In this document: piece after piece, positions 33,567-41,475 of the stretch
How positions within the stretch are numbered: the first letter of the stretch is position 1
Layout: the number at the start of each line of letters is the position of its first letter
Assembly: GCA_031420675.1 (NCBI GenBank)
Contig: JANONE010000188.1
Coordinates: 1-42,135 of the forward strand
From: Ilumatobacteraceae bacterium
GTDB lineage: Bacteria; Actinomycetota; Acidimicrobiia; Acidimicrobiales; Ilumatobacteraceae
DNA length: 42,135 nt
Reading direction: 5' to 3'
The notes under the pieces: model-generated
Told to the model about the DNA's origin: nothing
What the model saw: only the letters and a program-made list of their open reading frames with translations
Database searches by the model: none
Position numbers and translations under genes: made by a program

Positions 33567-34538
33567 ATGTTGCCGGTCGCTGTTGATGCGATGGGCGGCG
33601 ACCGAGCGCCCGGCGACGTTCTCGCTGGTGCCCATGCCGCCGCCGCGTTGGGTATTCCCATCGTTCTCGTCGGGCCCGAGGGGCTCGCCGGTTGTGGCGA
33701 CCTTCCCCTGATCCCGGCGTCGGAAGTCATCGAGATGCACGACGACGCGGCGCAAGGCGTGCGTCGCAAGAAGGACTCCAGCCTCGTGCGCGCGGCCGAG
33801 GCCGTGCGCGACGGCAAGGCCAGCGCAATGGTCTCCGCCGGCAACACCGGCGCCACGATGGCGTCAGCGCTCCTGCGCATGGGCCGGGTGAAGGGTGTCA
33901 ACCGCCCGGCAATCGCGACTCCCATCCCGGTGCCGGGCGAGCGGCCCAACATCTTGCTCGATGCCGGTGCCAACGCAGAGGTGCAGGCCGAATGGCTGGT
34001 GCAGTTCGCAACGATGGGCGCCATCTATGCCCGTCATCGCTTCGGGATCGCGAACCCGAAGGTTGGCCTGCTGTCGATCGGTGAAGAGCCGGGAAAGGGC
34101 GACTCCCTCCGCAAGGAGGCCTACGAGCTGCTCCTGAACGCGCCGGGAATCGACTTCATCGGCAACGTCGAAGGCCGCGATCTGATGAAGAAGACGGCCG
34201 ACGTGATCGTCACCGACGGCTTCACCGGCAACGTGGCCCTGAAGACTCTGGAGGGTGGCCTCAAGACGCTGTTCGGTGCGCTGCTCGCCGCCTTCGCCAG
34301 CGAGCCACAGTACAAAGCGCCCGCCGATGCGCTGCTGCCGGCGTTGCTGCCGCTGTACCACCAGATGAGCCCTGACACGCAGGGCGGCGCGGTGCTGTTG
34401 GGAGTCGATGGCATTTGCATCATCAGTCACGGCTCCTCCGGTGAGACCGCCATGCTCAACGCCATCAAACTGGCCGAGGAGATGGTGCAAACCGGCCTGG
34501 TCGCCGAGATCACAGCGGCGTTCGCGACCCAGGGATGA
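33567..34538 (+). CDS. plsX: phosphate acyltransferase PlsX
   Basis: 323 aa from MLPVAVDAMGGD, with the motifs SAGNTGA, DGFTGNVALKT and GICIISHGSS. Confidence 0.95.
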   Translation: MLPVAVDAMGGDRAPGDVLAGAHAAAALGIPIVLVGPEGLAGCGDLPLIPASEVIEMHDDAAQGVRRKKDSSLVRAAEAVRDGKASAMVSAGNTGATMASALLRMGRVKGVNRPAIATPIPVPGERPNILLDAGANAEVQAEWLVQFATMGAIYARHRFGIANPKVGLLSIGEEPGKGDSLRKEAYELLLNAPGIDFIGNVEGRDLMKKTADVIVTDGFTGNVALKTLEGGLKTLFGALLAAFASEPQYKAPADALLPALLPLYHQMSPDTQGGAVLLGVDGICIISHGSSGETAMLNAIKLAEEMVQTGLVAEITAAFATQG

Positions 34539-34599
34539 ACGGTCGCGTCGGGTACTGTCCGCCGGTGTCGGCTGGTGCCGTCGAGCTACCCGGGCGCGG

Positions 34600-34605
34600 T
34601 AGCCT
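34600..34605 (+). promoter_or_regulatory. -10-like TAGCCT upstream of the acyl carrier protein gene
   Basis: GGTAGCCT at 34598..34605 would place a TSS near 34612. An AGGAG SD at 34629..34633 lies 7 nt before the GTG at 34641. Confidence 0.3.
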
Positions 34606-34640
34606 CTGGGCGCTCACACATGACCGCCAGGAGTACCCAG

Positions 34641-34937
34641 GTGCCTGCTGAAACCCACGCCGAACACGATCCCCTCGACCGCGAGGGGGTCTTCGAGATC
34701 GTCCGCGCCAACCTCGCCGACATCTTGGAGATCGATCCGTCCACCATCAGCGAGGGACAGTCGTTCGTCGACGATCTCGACGCCGACTCGCTGGCGCTCA
34801 TCGAGCTGGTCGAGGCCCTGGAGGAGGATCTGGCGGAGCGCTCCGTGGGCTTTCGCATCGAGGACGAAGATCTGGTCGATCTGAAGACTGTGCGCGACGC
34901 GGTCGACTACGTCTTCGATCGGGTCAAGGGCAACTGA
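34641..34937 (+). CDS. acpP: acyl carrier protein
   Basis: The phosphopantetheine-site motif is DDLDADSLALIELVEALEE. I prefer GTG 34641, which has an AGGAG SD at 7-nt spacing. ATG 34620 and GTG 34575 (the track start) are alternatives. Confidence 0.85.
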   Translation: MPAETHAEHDPLDREGVFEIVRANLADILEIDPSTISEGQSFVDDLDADSLALIELVEALEEDLAERSVGFRIEDEDLVDLKTVRDAVDYVFDRVKGN

Positions 34938-34938
34938 C

Positions 34939-35646
34939 ATTTCGGTTCGGCCAGAACCCGATCTCACCGAGCTTCGGCGACACCTCTGCTACGAGTTCAA
35001 CGACCCCGCCATGCTGCGCCGCGCGCTGGCGCACCGCAGCTGGTGCAGCGAGGTGGGCGGCCAACCCAGCAACGAGCGGCTGGAGTTCTTGGGCGACGCC
35101 GTGCTCGGGTGGGTTGTGGCCGACCTAGCCTTTCGTCGTCATGGTGAGCTCACCGAGGGCAAGCTCACCGACTTGCGCAAGAGCGTGGTGAACGCATCGG
35201 CCCTCGCGGAAGTGGCGCTGGAGATCCAACTGGGTCCGTGCCTACTGCTGGGCAAGGGCGAAGATGCTGCCGGCGGTCGCGCGAAGCCCTCCATCCTCAG
35301 CGACGCGTTGGAGGCCGTGTTGGGGGCGGTGTACGTCGACGGCGGTACCGAGGCCGCGTTCGCGCTCATCGAGCGTCTCTTCGTGGAGCGCATGGCGGTG
35401 GCCGCGCTGCGCCTCGACCGTCTCGACTACAAGACGGTGCTGCAGGAGCTGACTGCCCGTCTGCACGACACTGCGCCTGTCTATGTGCTCAGCGACACCG
35501 GCCCCGACCACGACAAGTGGTTCACTGCAACGGTCATCGTTGCCGGGCAATCGGTCGGCTACGGCGAGGGACGATCGAAGAAGATGGCCGAGCAGGCGGC
35601 TGCGGAACAAGCGTGGACGGCCCTGTCGAACCACGTCGCGGGGTAG
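34939..35646 (+). CDS. rnc: ribonuclease III; 5' end uncertain (first canonical ATG at 35011, conserved N-terminus upstream, candidate ATT start at 34939)
   Basis: The signature NERLEFLGDAVLG, a dsRBD (DYKTVLQELT...GEGRSKKMAEQAAA) and the stop at 35646 are all present. The 24 in-frame codons upstream of ATG 35011 encode ISVRPEPDLTELRRHLCYEFNDPA. This matches the usual RNase III N-terminal helix pattern L..L...LGY.F.D..LL..AL.HRS. Confidence 0.85.
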   Translation: MSVRPEPDLTELRRHLCYEFNDPAMLRRALAHRSWCSEVGGQPSNERLEFLGDAVLGWVVADLAFRRHGELTEGKLTDLRKSVVNASALAEVALEIQLGPCLLLGKGEDAAGGRAKPSILSDALEAVLGAVYVDGGTEAAFALIERLFVERMAVAALRLDRLDYKTVLQELTARLHDTAPVYVLSDTGPDHDKWFTATVIVAGQSVGYGEGRSKKMAEQAAAEQAWTALSNHVAG

Positions 35647-35653
35647 GCGAAAG

Positions 35654-36496
35654 GTGCCCGAACTACCCGAGGTGGAGACGGTTCGACGCGGCCTGCAGGC
35701 GCAGGTGGTCGGGCGCCGGATCACGAAAGTGGAGGTGGGTCGGGAGCGCACGGTTCGGCGGACCTCGCGCCAGGCCGTCATCGATGGTCTCACCGGGGCC
35801 ACGATCATCGCCATCAACCGGCGCGGGAAATACCTGCTGTGCCCACTCGACACCGGTGACGAAGTGATGATGCACCTGCGCATGAGCGGCCGCCTGTTGC
35901 TGGCCGCGGCGGGTACGCAACGTCCGCCGCACACTCACGTCGTGATCCATCTCGCCGGCGAACCAGCTCAGGAACTGTGGTTCGTGGACCCGCGCACGTT
36001 CGGGGAGGTCGTCGTCTTCGACCCTGCCAAGGTGGCGGTGGAACTTCCGGAAGTGGCCAAGATGGGCATCGACCCGATCGCCGACGGGCTCACGCGCACC
36101 CAGTTCGCAGCCCTGCTGCGCAGCCGCTCGCGACAGATCAAGGCACTGCTGCTCGACCAGCACGTCGTCGCCGGCATCGGCAACATCTATTGCGACGAGA
36201 GCCTGCACCTGGCGGGAGTGCGGTGGGATCGCCGCTCGAACGCCGTCAGCGCGCGCGAGATCACCCGGCTGCACGCGGCAATCATGACGGTGCTCGGCGA
36301 GGCGATCGAGGCGGGGGGCAGCACACTGTCCGACACCCAGTACGTGGGCGTCGACGGCGAGAGTGGCTGGTTCCAGCTGCACCATCGCGTGTACGACCGT
36401 GCCGGCCAACGCTGCCTCACGTGCGGCAGGGCCGACATCGTCAAGGTCGCCGTGGCCGGTCGCGGCACCCACTATTGCCCGCGCTGTCAGAAGTGA
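35654..36496 (+). CDS. mutM: formamidopyrimidine-DNA glycosylase
   Basis: 280 aa from GTG 35654: (M)PELPEVETVRRGL. It has H2TH (GIGNIYCDESLH) and a C-terminal zinc finger CLTCG...YCPRCQ. Confidence 0.9.
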   Translation: MPELPEVETVRRGLQAQVVGRRITKVEVGRERTVRRTSRQAVIDGLTGATIIAINRRGKYLLCPLDTGDEVMMHLRMSGRLLLAAAGTQRPPHTHVVIHLAGEPAQELWFVDPRTFGEVVVFDPAKVAVELPEVAKMGIDPIADGLTRTQFAALLRSRSRQIKALLLDQHVVAGIGNIYCDESLHLAGVRWDRRSNAVSAREITRLHAAIMTVLGEAIEAGGSTLSDTQYVGVDGESGWFQLHHRVYDRAGQRCLTCGRADIVKVAVAGRGTHYCPRCQK

Positions 36497-36545
36497 TGCA
36501 GGCGGTTGGGGCGGCCGGGCCGCGTCCATTAGGGTCGCCGACGCC

Positions 36546-39500
36546 GTGTTTCTGAAGTCGCTCACCCTCAAAGGTTTCAAGTCGTTCGCCGACGCCACCA
36601 CCCTGCAGCTGGAAGCGGGGGTGACGGTCGTCGTCGGCCCCAACGGCTCGGGCAAGTCAAACGTGGTGGATGCCATCGCCTGGGTGCTCGGCGCGCAGGC
36701 ACCCAGCGCCGTGCGGAGCCAGAAGATGGACGACGTCATCTTCGCCGGTACCGCCAAGCGCCCGGCTCTCGGCCGCGCCGAAGTGACGCTGACGCTCGAC
36801 AACTCGACGGGTTTGTTGCCGATTGAGTTCACCGAGGTGACGGTCAGTCGCACCCTGTTCCGAACGGGTGAGAGCGAGTACGCGATCAACGGCATCAACT
36901 GCCGCCTGCTCGATGTGCAAGAGCTGCTCAGCGATGCCGGTGTCGGTCGCCAGCAGCACGTCATCGTCAGCCAGGGCCAGATCGACGCGGTACTCAACGC
37001 CCGCCCTGAAGACCGCCGTTCCATCGTCGAAGAAGCTGCCGGCGTGCTGAAGTACCGCCGGCGCAAGGAGAAGGCCGAGCGCCGGCTGGATGCCACCGAG
37101 GCCAGCCTGCTGCGCGTGCAAGACCTGCTGCGCGAGGTGCGTCGCCAGCTGCGCCCGCTCGAGCGGCAGGCCGACGCGGCCCGGCGACACGGCGATCTGG
37201 TGGCCGAGCTGGATGCACTGAAGATCTTCCTGGCAGGTCGCGAGATCGCATCCCAGCGTGCGCGCATGACGGCACAGGCGGGAGACAAGATCACTCTCAG
37301 CGAGGCCGAACAGGCGCTGCGTACCGAGTTGGCCGCGCTCGACACCGGCGTGATGGCCGCTGAGGCCGAGCTCACCGCCCGTGGCGACACCGACCTCAGC
37401 GACGAGATGGTGCGTGTCGAACAACTACGCGAGCGCGCCCGCGGCATCGCCGCCGTGTTGGTGGAGCGACGTCGCTCGATGGAGCGCGACCGGGGCCAGT
37501 TGATGGACTCCGGTGTGGTCGCCAACCTCGAAGCCGACGCTCAGCGCCTGCGCGACGAGCTTGCCGGTGTGGAGGCCGACCTTCTCGCGGTAGGCCCCGA
37601 GGCCGACGCGCTTGCTGCGGAGGAAGCAGCCTTCGTCGACCAGCGCCGTGAGACCCTCGCCTCGATCGAGGGCATTTCCAATAGCACGTCGGCGGCCAGT
37701 GCCGCAGCCGAAGTTCGTGGCGAGCTGCGCTCGATGCGGGGCAACCTCCAACGGGCCGACGTCGAGTTGCATCGCCACCGCACGCGCCTCGACGCTCTGC
37801 GCCAGCGAGCGGAGCAGCTAGATGGCGCATGCGAACGCTTGCGGGTGGAATGCGAGGTGTCGCAGGCCGCCGAGGCATCGCTCGTCACCGACGTGGAGGC
37901 CGCCGAGGCGCGTCGTATCGCGGCCGACGCTGCTCATGACTCGCTGTTGGCCGGTCGCCAAGAGGCCGCCGAGGAAGCCTCGCGTTGGAAGGCGCGGGCG
38001 GAAGCACTGCACCTGGCCTTGGAGGGCGCGCGTGCACGCGCCGGTGCCGAGCACCTGGCCGGGGTGGATGGTGTGCTCGGGACCCTGCTCGATGTGATCG
38101 AGATCGACGACGGCTGGGAACCTGCCGTGGAGGCCGCACTCGGCGAGGCCTTGCAGGCCGTCGTCGTCGCCTCACCCGATACCGGTCGCCGCGCACTGCA
38201 GTCGTTGCAGGCCAACGACGTGCACGGCGCCGTGATCGCGTTGGGGAGCCGCCACGCAGGCGCCCCGACGCCCGCTGGCGGTGGCGACGCGGTGCGCCCG
38301 CATGTACGGAGCCGCCACGCGGGTGTGCCCGAGTTGCTCGACGCGGTGCTCGGCGGGGCAGTGCGTGTCGGCCGCTGGGACGAGGCCCTCGACCTCGCCA
38401 TCGGGAACCCGCTGGCTGTGGTAGTCACCTCCGCCGGCGACCGGTTCGCTCCCACCGGCTGGCGCATCGGCGCCTCCGGCGGCGGCGCCACAGCGGCGGC
38501 GCTGGAGGAAGCCCAGGAGCGGTCGGCGATGGCGGCCACAGAGTTGGCCAACCGCGACACTGCGCTCGCCGGCGCCAAGGCCGAGCTGCATGCGGCCCGC
38601 AACCACGAGACCGATCTCACCCGCAAGCTCGATGTCCACGACGCCGGCTTCTCCGCCAACAGCGAGGCCCTGACCCGCGCGCAGGCCGAGCGACGCGAGG
38701 CGCAGGCCGAGATCGAAACGGTCGAGCGTGGTCTCGGCGATGCCGACGAGCGCGCCGAGCGCGAGCGATCCCGCATCAGCGAGCTGGACAGGCTGGTGCC
38801 CGCACTGGAGGCCGACGAGGCGGCCGAGGCCGAGGCCGCGAGGGCCCGCGGTGAAGCCCGCGCCCGCCTCGATACCCACACGGCGCGCCTGGCAGGCCGG
38901 CGGCAGGACCTGGAAGTGCGCAATGCCGGTTTGCACGAACGCCAGGCGTTCCTCGAACGCCGCCTGCAGGAGACCGAGCGTCGCCTGGAAGCCGATACGG
39001 TCGCGCGCGCGCAGGCTGCCCAGCGCAGGATCGCCGTCGAACGCAGCCTGCAGGCTGTAGAACGTCTCGCCACCCTTGTCGAGGGCCACCGCCACGTTGT
39101 CGAGGTGCGGCACAACGAATTGCTGGACATCCGCCGTCGGCAGAGCGACGAGGTCCGCGGGATCGCGCAGCGACTCGATGCGTTGCGCCGCCGCCGATCC
39201 GCTGCCGAGAAGGAGCTCGACGAAACCCGCGAGCGCACGCGTCGCGTGGAGATCGACGAGGCCGAGGTGCGCATGCGGTTGCAGGCCGCTGTCGAGGCGC
39301 TGCGCCGCGACCACGATCTCGAACCCGAGGAGGCGGAAGCTGCCGACCTGCCGCAGGTGCCTGAGGGCGCAAACCCGGCGGCCCGCGTGCGCGACCTCGA
39401 ACGAGAGCTGCGCCTGATGGGCCCGATCAACCCTCTCGCGCTGGACGAGTTCATCGAACTGCAGGAGCGCCACCGTTTCCTGGAGGAGCAACTGGAAGAC

Positions 39501-40019
39501 GTACGCAACACGCGACGCGACCTCATGCGCGTGATCAAGGCGGTCGACCTCGAGATCCAGACCGTCTTCGCCTCGGCGTTCGCCGACGTCAGCTCTCATT
39601 TCACCGACCTGTTCGCGACCCTGTTCCCGGGCGGCGTCGGCAGGCTCGTCCTCACCAACCCCGACGACCTGTTGAACACCGGCGTCGAGGTGGAGGCCAA
39701 GCCCAGCGGCAAGAACGTGAAGAAGCTGTCGTTGCTCTCGGGTGGCGAGCGCAGCCTCACCGCACTCGCGTTCCTGTTCGCGGTGTTCCGCAGCCGGCCA
39801 TCGCCCTTCTACGTGATGGACGAAGTCGAAGCGGCGCTCGACGACGTGAACCTGCACCGCTTCCTGGGCCTCGTCCACGAGTTCCGTCGCGAGGCACAGT
39901 TGCTGATCGTCACCCATCAGAAGCGCACCATGGAAGCAGGTGACAGCCTGCTGGGTGTCACCATGCAGCCTGGAGGTTCGTCGAAGGTCGTCGTCGAGAA
40001 GGTCAGCACCTCGTCCTGA
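36546..40019 (+). CDS. smc: chromosome segregation protein SMC
   Basis: 1157 aa from GTG 36546: VFLKSLTLKGFKSFAD...GPNGSGKSNVVDAI. It has long coiled coils, a hinge (DGWEPAVEAALGEALQAVVV) and a C-terminal LSGGERSLTALAFLFAVF...FYVMDEVEAALDD. Confidence 0.95.
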   Translation: MFLKSLTLKGFKSFADATTLQLEAGVTVVVGPNGSGKSNVVDAIAWVLGAQAPSAVRSQKMDDVIFAGTAKRPALGRAEVTLTLDNSTGLLPIEFTEVTVSRTLFRTGESEYAINGINCRLLDVQELLSDAGVGRQQHVIVSQGQIDAVLNARPEDRRSIVEEAAGVLKYRRRKEKAERRLDATEASLLRVQDLLREVRRQLRPLERQADAARRHGDLVAELDALKIFLAGREIASQRARMTAQAGDKITLSEAEQALRTELAALDTGVMAAEAELTARGDTDLSDEMVRVEQLRERARGIAAVLVERRRSMERDRGQLMDSGVVANLEADAQRLRDELAGVEADLLAVGPEADALAAEEAAFVDQRRETLASIEGISNSTSAASAAAEVRGELRSMRGNLQRADVELHRHRTRLDALRQRAEQLDGACERLRVECEVSQAAEASLVTDVEAAEARRIAADAAHDSLLAGRQEAAEEASRWKARAEALHLALEGARARAGAEHLAGVDGVLGTLLDVIEIDDGWEPAVEAALGEALQAVVVASPDTGRRALQSLQANDVHGAVIALGSRHAGAPTPAGGGDAVRPHVRSRHAGVPELLDAVLGGAVRVGRWDEALDLAIGNPLAVVVTSAGDRFAPTGWRIGASGGGATAAALEEAQERSAMAATELANRDTALAGAKAELHAARNHETDLTRKLDVHDAGFSANSEALTRAQAERREAQAEIETVERGLGDADERAERERSRISELDRLVPALEADEAAEAEAARARGEARARLDTHTARLAGRRQDLEVRNAGLHERQAFLERRLQETERRLEADTVARAQAAQRRIAVERSLQAVERLATLVEGHRHVVEVRHNELLDIRRRQSDEVRGIAQRLDALRRRRSAAEKELDETRERTRRVEIDEAEVRMRLQAAVEALRRDHDLEPEEAEAADLPQVPEGANPAARVRDLERELRLMGPINPLALDEFIELQERHRFLEEQLEDVRNTRRDLMRVIKAVDLEIQTVFASAFADVSSHFTDLFATLFPGGVGRLVLTNPDDLLNTGVEVEAKPSGKNVKKLSLLSGGERSLTALAFLFAVFRSRPSPFYVMDEVEAALDDVNLHRFLGLVHEFRREAQLLIVTHQKRTMEAGDSLLGVTMQPGGSSKVVVEKVSTSS

Positions 40020-40281
40020 CCGGCGGTGATCCGGGGAGCGCTCGGCGGTGACGCGGGCGCCGGTCGCGGCCTCACACCAGCGCTCGCCGCTTCGACTATC
40101 GTCGCGCACTCAACAACGTGCCGTTGGTCAACGTGATGGCCACATTCGTGATGATCGTGTCCATCCCGCTGGCATGGCTGGCGCAACGGCTCAGCGACGG
40201 TGGTGGCGAGGACTGAGCGGGCCGGTCCACCCACTGGCCGCCGCTGCAGGCGCCGAACTGCACAGGTAGCGTGGCGGCGCC

Positions 40282-41382
40282 ATGTTGTGGATCTATCTCG
40301 TACTCATCGCCGTCGTGCTGCTGTTCGGCATCGGCGTCGTGCTCTGGAACCGTCGTCGTGCCGCCGCCCCACCCGGAGCGCCGGGGGTGGTCGACGATGA
40401 AGAACCCGAGTCCGGCGCACCCGTCGCCACCGGTGTCGAGATCGATGTCGAGATCGATGTCGAGATCGAAAGGCCGTCGTTGCGTGCGCGCATGTCGAAG
40501 GCCCGTTCTGCATTCACCGGCGCCCTGCTCGGCATCACCGGCCGTACTGGCATCACCAGCGAGACCTGGGACGACCTCGAGGACGCACTGCTGCGCGCCG
40601 ACGTCGGCGTGCGCGTCACCGACGAGCTGCTCGGCGGGTTACGCACGCGCGTGAAGGCCAAGGAGATCACCGAGCCCGATCAGCTGCTGGACGCCTTGCA
40701 GGCGGAGATGACATCGCGGCTCGCGGGCGCCGACCGGACGCTCCACCTCGAGCCCGGCGCCGCCAACAGCCCCAATGTGTGGCTGTTCGTCGGCGTCAAC
40801 GGCGTGGGCAAGACCACGACCATCGGCAAGGTGTCGGCGTTGCAGGCCCAGGCCGGGCACAGCGTGCTGATGGCTGCCGGCGACACGTTCCGCGCCGCCG
40901 CGGCCGAGCAACTGACCACCTGGGCCGAGCGCAGCGGTGCCGAGATCGTGCGCGGCAACGAGGGCGCCGACCCCAGTGCCGTCATCTTCGATGCGATCGA
41001 ACGCGCCAGTGCGCGAGGGATCGAGCTGGTGCTCGCCGATACCGCCGGGCGCCTGCACACCAAGACCAACCTGATGGACGAACTGCGCAAGGTTCGCCGT
41101 GTCGCGGCCAAGGGGAACGGCAGGGTCACCGAGGTCCTCTTGGTGATCGATGCAACGACCGGCCAGAACGGCCTCACCCAGGCCCGCGAGTTCGGCGATG
41201 CCACGGAAGTGACAGGTGTGGTGCTCACCAAGCTCGACGGTTCGGCGAAAGGTGGCATCGTGTTCGCGATCGAGACCGAACTGGGCCTGCCCGTGAAGCT
41301 GGTGGGCCTCGGTGAGAGCATCGGCGACCTGGTGCCGTTCGACCCGGCGGAATTCGTCGAAGCGCTGGTCAGTCTCGACTGA
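40282..41382 (+). CDS. ftsY: signal recognition particle receptor FtsY with N-terminal TM anchor
   Basis: 366 aa with the TM helix MLWIYLVLIAVVLLFGIGVVLW and an acidic linker. The NG domain shows GVNGVGKTTTIGK, DTFRAAA, DTAGRLH, TKLDGSAKGG. Confidence 0.95.
   Translation: MLWIYLVLIAVVLLFGIGVVLWNRRRAAAPPGAPGVVDDEEPESGAPVATGVEIDVEIDVEIERPSLRARMSKARSAFTGALLGITGRTGITSETWDDLEDALLRADVGVRVTDELLGGLRTRVKAKEITEPDQLLDALQAEMTSRLAGADRTLHLEPGAANSPNVWLFVGVNGVGKTTTIGKVSALQAQAGHSVLMAAGDTFRAAAAEQLTTWAERSGAEIVRGNEGADPSAVIFDAIERASARGIELVLADTAGRLHTKTNLMDELRKVRRVAAKGNGRVTEVLLVIDATTGQNGLTQAREFGDATEVTGVVLTKLDGSAKGGIVFAIETELGLPVKLVGLGESIGDLVPFDPAEFVEALVSLD
40435..40470 (+). repeat. 3 x 12-bp in-frame tandem repeat (VEID)3 in the FtsY acidic linker
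   Basis: GTCGAGATCGAT occurs twice, followed by GTCGAGATCGAA. Confidence 0.85.
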
Positions 41383-41429
41383 GGTTTCGGGAACTTCCAC
41401 GGCGCGGCCGCCGTCGAAACTGTCACCCG

Positions 41430-41453
41430 CAGCTGTGACTTCAGCTGTGACCT
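41430..41453 (+). repeat. 2 x 12-bp tandem repeat, each copy carrying CAGCTG, upstream of a lipoprotein gene
   Basis: CAGCTGTGACTT (41430..41441) and CAGCTGTGACCT (41442..41453). The repeat ends 8 nt before the AAGGA SD of the gene starting at 41476. Confidence 0.7.
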
Positions 41454-41475
41454 CCAAGGACAAGGATCGCCTCCC

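Noticed and set aside
36657-40109. Several long minus-strand ORFs (255, 534 and 645 aa) antisense to smc
   Set aside because: They have the same high-GC antisense signature, and smc is unambiguous on the plus strand.
40048-40269. 73-aa ORF in the smc-ftsY spacer
   Set aside because: It is Arg-rich (RRWWRGLSG...) with no motifs. The alternative +1-frame mini-ORF looks more protein-like, but it too is only a weak candidate.
15115-41453. Short tandem repeats (15115, 32054, 40435, 41430, and the 2 x 15 bp GGTTG(G/C)CGTGTCGCC at 41980..42009) as a CRISPR array
   Set aside because: The units are 12-15 bp, directly abutting with no spacers, at 2-5 copies, and mostly inside coding sequence in frame. 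They are not CRISPR-like.
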